Shown piece by piece: positions 59,191-64,000 of a stretch of DNA of 64,000 nt. How positions within the stretch are numbered: position 1 is the stretch's first letter; each line of letters opens with the position of its first letter. The stretch covers positions 35,560 to 99,559 of the forward strand of contig CAYLWN010000001.1 of NCBI GenBank assembly GCA_964387625.1. The letters run 5' to 3'. This DNA comes from an uncultured Gammaproteobacteria bacterium (lineage in GTDB: Bacteria; Patescibacteriota; Microgenomatia; UBA10105). The translations under genes and the position numbers were made by a program. Below the pieces are notes generated by a model that was not told where the DNA came from, did no database searches, and was given only the letters and a program-made list of their open reading frames with translations.

Positions 59191-60855
59191 ATGTATAAGA
59201 AAATTACCGTTTTCATAATTTGTTTAAGCGTAATTTTACTGTATATGTCTCCATATATAATTTTGGGAGAAAAATCCTATCTACCGATTAACGACAATTT
59301 AGATGGGCCTTTTATAGATTATGTTTTACTGTCAAGAAGCAATAAGATTTTTTCAGGTCTTACTGCGGTTTTGCCTCAAATTGCTAACGGAATATCCAGA
59401 AATGTATTCCCTAGTGAATTTGACTTAACTTTATGGTTTTTTTATTTTTTTCCACCGTTTGCAGCTTATTTTGTTAATCTTTTACTCTATAGAATTTTAG
59501 CATTTTTTGGTATGTTTTTACTGCTTAAAAAGCATATCTTAGATAAGAAAATTAACCAGTTAATATTATTTTCAGTTTCACTGATTTTTGCGCTTTTACC
59601 ATTTTTATCATTTGGCTCGGGTTGTATAGCTTTGTTACCTTTAACTTTTTATATTTTTTTAAATATCAGGAAAAATAAATATTGTTGGTATGATTGGGTG
59701 ATACTGGGATTTATTCCACTGTATTCAAATTTACCTTTAGTTTACACATTTTTTATTTTATTTTTAGGTTTATTATGGTTGTTCGATCTAATTAAATATA
59801 AGAAGATAAATCCGATATTTGTTTATGCATTGATAACATTTTCTGTATTGTTTTTAATTAAAGAATATCGGTTAGTTTATATTACTTTTTTTGATCATAG
59901 TTATATTTCTCATCGGGTAGAATTTGTAATAATAAAAGATTCAATCTCGCAATGTTTACAAAAAACATTGGATATCTTGCATTATGGACAATATCATGCT
60001 CAAAGCAGTGCATTTCCGGTTTTAATAATTTCCTGGATTGTTGCATTTTTACATATTCGAAAAAATAAACTGAAAGCTAATTTTTATTGGACAACTGCAA
60101 TCATATTCTTTTTTGCTCTCTGTTACGGGTTTCGCGATGTCTGGTTTTGGAAAGACATTGGCAGCAAAATTACACTACTGCATGCTTTTGATATCAGTAG
60201 ATTTTTTATGTTGTTGCCCTTATTTTGGTATATAAATTGGGCATATTCATTACAAGTAATATGGCAAATCAAAAAATATGGTCAACAACTAACAGTGTTA
60301 TTAATTGCAATACAATTGATGCTTATTTTTTATAAGAATGAAATAGTGCAAGGATCAATAACATATAAAATAAATTTTAAACAATTCTTTGCAGAAGAAC
60401 TTTTTACTAAAATCAAATCTGATATCGGTGATAAAACAAACAGTTTTCGTATAGTTAGTTTGGGAATTCATCCATCAATAGCATCATATAATGGTTTTTT
60501 TACCTTAGACTTTTACCTTAACAATTATCCACTAAAGTATAAACATGAATTTCGGCAAATAATTTCTGGTGAATTGAAAAAAAACATGGAATTACAGAAA
60601 TTTTTTGATGAATGGGGGAGTCGGTGTTATTTATTTTCTCAAGATCTACCGGTTCATCCTTGGACAAAATCAATATACGAAACAATAAAAATACAAGACT
60701 TAATAATTGATACATACAAATTTAAGAGCATGGGTGGAAAATATTTATTTTCTGCTGCAGAAATTATGCATCCGGAAATTAATAACCTTAAATTTTATAA
60801 AAAATATTCAAATGTAAATTCTGCTTGGGATATTTATGTATATAAATTATTGTAG
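59191..60855 (+). CDS. polytopic membrane protein with C-terminal soluble domain (GT-C-like candidate)
   Basis: 554 aa. First loop reads 'LPINDNLDGPFIDYV'. About 11 TM helices, followed by a roughly 190 aa soluble tail. Confidence 0.35.
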   Translation: MYKKITVFIICLSVILLYMSPYIILGEKSYLPINDNLDGPFIDYVLLSRSNKIFSGLTAVLPQIANGISRNVFPSEFDLTLWFFYFFPPFAAYFVNLLLYRILAFFGMFLLLKKHILDKKINQLILFSVSLIFALLPFLSFGSGCIALLPLTFYIFLNIRKNKYCWYDWVILGFIPLYSNLPLVYTFFILFLGLLWLFDLIKYKKINPIFVYALITFSVLFLIKEYRLVYITFFDHSYISHRVEFVIIKDSISQCLQKTLDILHYGQYHAQSSAFPVLIISWIVAFLHIRKNKLKANFYWTTAIIFFFALCYGFRDVWFWKDIGSKITLLHAFDISRFFMLLPLFWYINWAYSLQVIWQIKKYGQQLTVLLIAIQLMLIFYKNEIVQGSITYKINFKQFFAEELFTKIKSDIGDKTNSFRIVSLGIHPSIASYNGFFTLDFYLNNYPLKYKHEFRQIISGELKKNMELQKFFDEWGSRCYLFSQDLPVHPWTKSIYETIKIQDLIIDTYKFKSMGGKYLFSAAEIMHPEINNLKFYKKYSNVNSAWDIYVYKLL

Positions 60856-60912
60856 GAAAATTATTAAATTTTATGTTATTATCCTAACCAATTAATAAGT
60901 TATATCATTTTT

Positions 60913-61692
60913 ATGCAAGTAATAATTCTTTGTGGTGGTTATGGAACCAGACTTCGGGAAGAAACAGAATTTAAACCGAAACCCATGGTATTTATAGGTA
61001 AAAAGCCGATTATTTGGCATATCATGAAAATATATGCTTATTATGGAATTAATGAATTCATTTTGGCGCTTGGGTACAAAGCTAATAATATTAAAGATTA
61101 TTTTCTTAATCAAAAAGCTTTTACAACTGATTTCATTCTGCATACCAGATCACACAAAACAAAATATTTTCTGGAAAATCGGACAGAAATAGATGATTTT
61201 AAGATAACCTTTGTAGATACTGGTTTAGATACTTTACCTGGAGAAAGGATTCTTCGTTGTGAAAACTATATTAGCAAAAAAGATAAACATTTTATGGTTA
61301 CTTATGGAGATGGCGTTGCAGATATAAATCTTAAAAATTTAATTAATTTTCATAATAAACAAAAAACTATCGGCACCATAATTGGTGTTCATCTCAGATC
61401 AAAATTTGGTTTGATGAATGTAAATACAAAAAATTTGGTTACAAATTTTAACGAAAAACCAGTACTGACTGACTGGGTAAACGGTGGATACATGGTATTT
61501 AACCGAGAAGCTTTTAAATATTTCCGAAACGGGGAATCTGAACATCCGGCTTTAAAACGACTAGCAAAAAAAAGAGAACTGTCGTTTTTTAAGCATACTG
61601 GATTTTGGTTTGCGGTGGACACTATTAAGGAACTGACAGAACTTAATCAAATGTGGACTATTGGAAACTGCCCTTGGAAGGTATGGAAATAG
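60913..61692 (+). CDS. rfbF: glucose-1-phosphate cytidylyltransferase (RfbF/DdhA)
   Basis: 'VIILCGGYGTRLREETEFKPKPMVFIGKKPIIWHIMKIYAYYGINEFILALGYK' is near-collinear with the RfbF N-terminus. Confidence 0.75.
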   Translation: MQVIILCGGYGTRLREETEFKPKPMVFIGKKPIIWHIMKIYAYYGINEFILALGYKANNIKDYFLNQKAFTTDFILHTRSHKTKYFLENRTEIDDFKITFVDTGLDTLPGERILRCENYISKKDKHFMVTYGDGVADINLKNLINFHNKQKTIGTIIGVHLRSKFGLMNVNTKNLVTNFNEKPVLTDWVNGGYMVFNREAFKYFRNGESEHPALKRLAKKRELSFFKHTGFWFAVDTIKELTELNQMWTIGNCPWKVWK

Positions 61693-62642
61693 TAAATAAA
61701 AACATCTTAATAACGGGAGGTGTTGGTTTTATCGGTAGTCATTTAGTTAAAGCCTTAACTGATCAAGGAATTTTTCCAATCGTATTATATCGTTCGATTG
61801 ACCTAAAAAGTTATTTTACTTTACAAAATCTAAATACCAAGACACAATTAATTTATCAAGATATAAACGATTATGCTGGTGTTTATAGAATAATAACAAA
61901 ATATAAAATTAATGTTGTTTTTCATTTAGCAGCTCAGGCTCTGGTTGAATTAGCTTATGATAACCCATTAGATACTTTATTAACAAACATAATTGGAACT
62001 GCCAATATTCTCGAAGTCTGTCGTCAAAAAGGCGATATGGATGCAATAATAGTAGCGTCATCAGACAAAGCATATGGAAAAAAAGGAAATGTTAAATATA
62101 AAGAATCTGATGCATTAGTAGGAAATCATCCTTATGAAACATCGAAAGCCAGCGCAGATCTTATAGCCCAAATGTATATAAAAACTTATAATATGCCAAT
62201 ATCCATAACAAGATTTGGAAATGTATACGGTGAAGGAGATTTGAATTTTTCAAGAATAATTCCTGGAATTATGCAGGCATTAATTAAAAAACAAACGTTA
62301 GATGTTCGTAGTAACGGTAAGTTTATTAGAGATTATATATATGTTGATGATGTTGTTAATGGATACTTATCAATAATAAAAAATTGGAATAAAATTTGTG
62401 GACAATCAATTAATTTTGGTTCAAAAGAAACATTAAGTGTAATGGAAATAGTTCAATTAGTTGAAAAGACCCTCAAATTAAAAATAAAACATAGAATACT
62501 CAATAATTCAAAAAATGAAATAAATTATCAGTCTTTAAATGATAATAAAGCCAGAAAAATACTCAAATGGCGACATAATTATAATCTTAAAAATATGCTA
62601 CCTGAAATTTATTCATGGTATAAAAACAGCTTAACCCAGTAA
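61683..62642 (+). CDS. CDP-glucose 4,6-dehydratase-like extended SDR (RfbG-like)
   Basis: 'ILITGGVGFIGSHLV', 'ASSDKAYG' (RfbG has 'TSDKCY'), 'PYETSKASADL' (YxxxK). I chose the start at ATG 61683 (MEIVNKN), which overlaps the rfbF stop (ATGGAAATAG). Confidence 0.5.
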   Translation: MEIVNKNILITGGVGFIGSHLVKALTDQGIFPIVLYRSIDLKSYFTLQNLNTKTQLIYQDINDYAGVYRIITKYKINVVFHLAAQALVELAYDNPLDTLLTNIIGTANILEVCRQKGDMDAIIVASSDKAYGKKGNVKYKESDALVGNHPYETSKASADLIAQMYIKTYNMPISITRFGNVYGEGDLNFSRIIPGIMQALIKKQTLDVRSNGKFIRDYIYVDDVVNGYLSIIKNWNKICGQSINFGSKETLSVMEIVQLVEKTLKLKIKHRILNNSKNEINYQSLNDNKARKILKWRHNYNLKNMLPEIYSWYKNSLTQ

Positions 62643-62784
62643 TTATTATTTAATTTGAGTTAATATTTTAAGGGAGTGATATTCCACTTCAATAATATCT
62701 TTTTTATAAAGTACTTGTAGCTCTTTTTAAGAAATAATTATGATGTCTTGTAAATATTTATTACGATTAGGAGAATTGTTTTTA

Positions 62785-63960
62785 TCAATGAATCACTTCT
62801 TTTATTCTTCTTATGCCTTCGATTAAGTTATCTTTAGAAGTAGCGTAAGAAATTCGTAAATACCCTTCACCGTATTCTCCAAATGAGGTACCATCTAAAA
62901 GTGCGACTCCGGCTTCCTTTAAAATATAATTAGCCCACCATTTAGAGGATTTGCCTAATTTTTTAATATTAGGAAAAACATAAAAAGCCCCTTGTGGCAT
63001 GCTACAGCTGATACCTGGGATAGAATTCAGTAAATTAACTATCAGTTCTCTGCGAACCGTAAATTCTTTTAACATAGCTTTAAATTCAGTATCTGTGCCT
63101 GTTAATGCGGTTAGAGCGGCTTGTTGGGTAAATGAAGCTGTACAGCCGATAGAATGGGTCAAAAAGCTGTCAACCTTATCAATATTTGCAACTGGTACTG
63201 CCAGATAACCTATCCGCCATCCGGTCATGCTATAAGTTTTAGAAAACCCATCAATCAAAAATGTCCGGTTCTGGACGTCCTTATTAGAGTAAAAACTGTG
63301 ATATTTTTCTAATCCGTACAGAAATCGGGAATATATTTCATCGGTTAAAATCCAACAACCTATATTTTTGATTAAATCAGCAATTTCCGATAAAATTTCC
63401 ACAGGAATTATTCCTCCTGTAGGATTACTAGGAGAATTAAGAATTATCAATTTAGTTTTGGAAGATAATTTTTTTCGGAATAATTTCATGTCGAAACTAA
63501 AGTTATTTTCTTCCAAAAGCGGGATAGGAATCCCAGAACCCCCTAAAAAATTAATCAGTGAAGAATAAGTAGGAAAACCTGGATCCGGATAAATAACTTC
63601 ATCACCATGGTTAATTACCAGAGACATAGCTGTGAAAATGGCATTTTTTGCGCTGGGAGTGACTGCAATTTGCTCGGGATTAATTTCAACATTACGCGAC
63701 CGATTTAAATATTTTGCAATTTCCTGTCTTAAGGATAATATTCCTAAAGGCGGTGTATATTTGGTAAAACCTGCATTTATAGCATGGACACCGGCTTGGC
63801 TAATATTTTTGGGAGTGGAGAAATCTGGTTGGCCGATTTCTAAATGAATAATTTTCTTTCCTTGTTGTTCTAATTGCGTAGCTTTATTTAATACCGAATA
63901 TGCTCCTTCCGGTAACAAAAAACGTGTTTTATTAGTTAATAATGGCGAATTATTTGTCAT
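62785..63960 (-). CDS. class I/II PLP aminotransferase (aspartate/aromatic aminotransferase-like)
   Basis: 'NSPSNPTGG' and 'GFSKTYSMTGWRIGY', the canonical PLP-lysine block of fold-type I aminotransferases. Confidence 0.65.
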   Translation of the reverse strand: MTNNSPLLTNKTRFLLPEGAYSVLNKATQLEQQGKKIIHLEIGQPDFSTPKNISQAGVHAINAGFTKYTPPLGILSLRQEIAKYLNRSRNVEINPEQIAVTPSAKNAIFTAMSLVINHGDEVIYPDPGFPTYSSLINFLGGSGIPIPLLEENNFSFDMKLFRKKLSSKTKLIILNSPSNPTGGIIPVEILSEIADLIKNIGCWILTDEIYSRFLYGLEKYHSFYSNKDVQNRTFLIDGFSKTYSMTGWRIGYLAVPVANIDKVDSFLTHSIGCTASFTQQAALTALTGTDTEFKAMLKEFTVRRELIVNLLNSIPGISCSMPQGAFYVFPNIKKLGKSSKWWANYILKEAGVALLDGTSFGEYGEGYLRISYATSKDNLIEGIRRIKEVIH

Positions 63961-64000
63961 ATGTCTTATTTAACAAATTTGATATATATTCCGGACGGTC

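Noticed and set aside
62643-62784. Candidate terminator hairpin 'gagtg-atattc-cacttc' in the 142-bp convergent gap before the terminal aminotransferase gene.
   Set aside because: A 5-bp stem with a G-U wobble, and the T-run begins about 10 nt after the stem rather than immediately. This is too weak to call.
1-64000. CRISPR arrays, rRNA/tRNA genes, IS elements or prophage genes.
   Set aside because: No direct-repeat/spacer periodicity was seen. Intergenic regions are all 283 bp or less and AT-rich, with no GC-rich tRNA-like segments. No product resembles a transposase, integrase, recombinase or phage structural protein.

Overview
This 64 kb window is strongly AT-rich (not computed; it looks like roughly one third G+C or less). 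Almost all of it is tightly packed protein-coding sequence on both strands, with many 1-4 nt stop/start overlaps. I found no rRNA, tRNA, CRISPR array, transposase or integrase. Essentially every gene is involved in glycan biosynthesis, so the window reads as one very large glycosylation supercluster. Long uninterrupted ORFs imply standard stop codons, so TGA is not recoded. An uncultivated CPR/Patescibacteria-like or similar lineage is plausible but is inference only.

The main contents are:
- a 10-gene plus-strand glycosyltransferase operon (1..9002), followed by a convergent Wzx-like flippase;
- a nonulosonic-acid module that looks pseudaminic-acid-like, including a three-gene acetamidino-forming amidotransferase set, a formyltransferase-fold enzyme and a GSA-like aminotransferase;
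- two paralogous TylCIII/TcaB9-family sugar C-methyltransferases, a cupin ketoisomerase-like protein, an RmlD-like reductase, UDP-xylose synthase, Ugd, Glf and an RfbF/RfbG-like CDP-hexose start;
- an Arn-like five-gene operon (SDR, GNAT, DegT aminotransferase, GT2 Und-P transferase, GT-C transferase);
- a Wzm/Wzt ABC exporter;
- an unusual expansion of about ten polytopic GT-C-like (ArnT/PMT-like) membrane proteins, together with three DPM1/ArnC-like GT2s.

No priming phosphoglycosyltransferase was recognised. All functional calls come from reading motifs in the translated ORFs and are unverified by any search.
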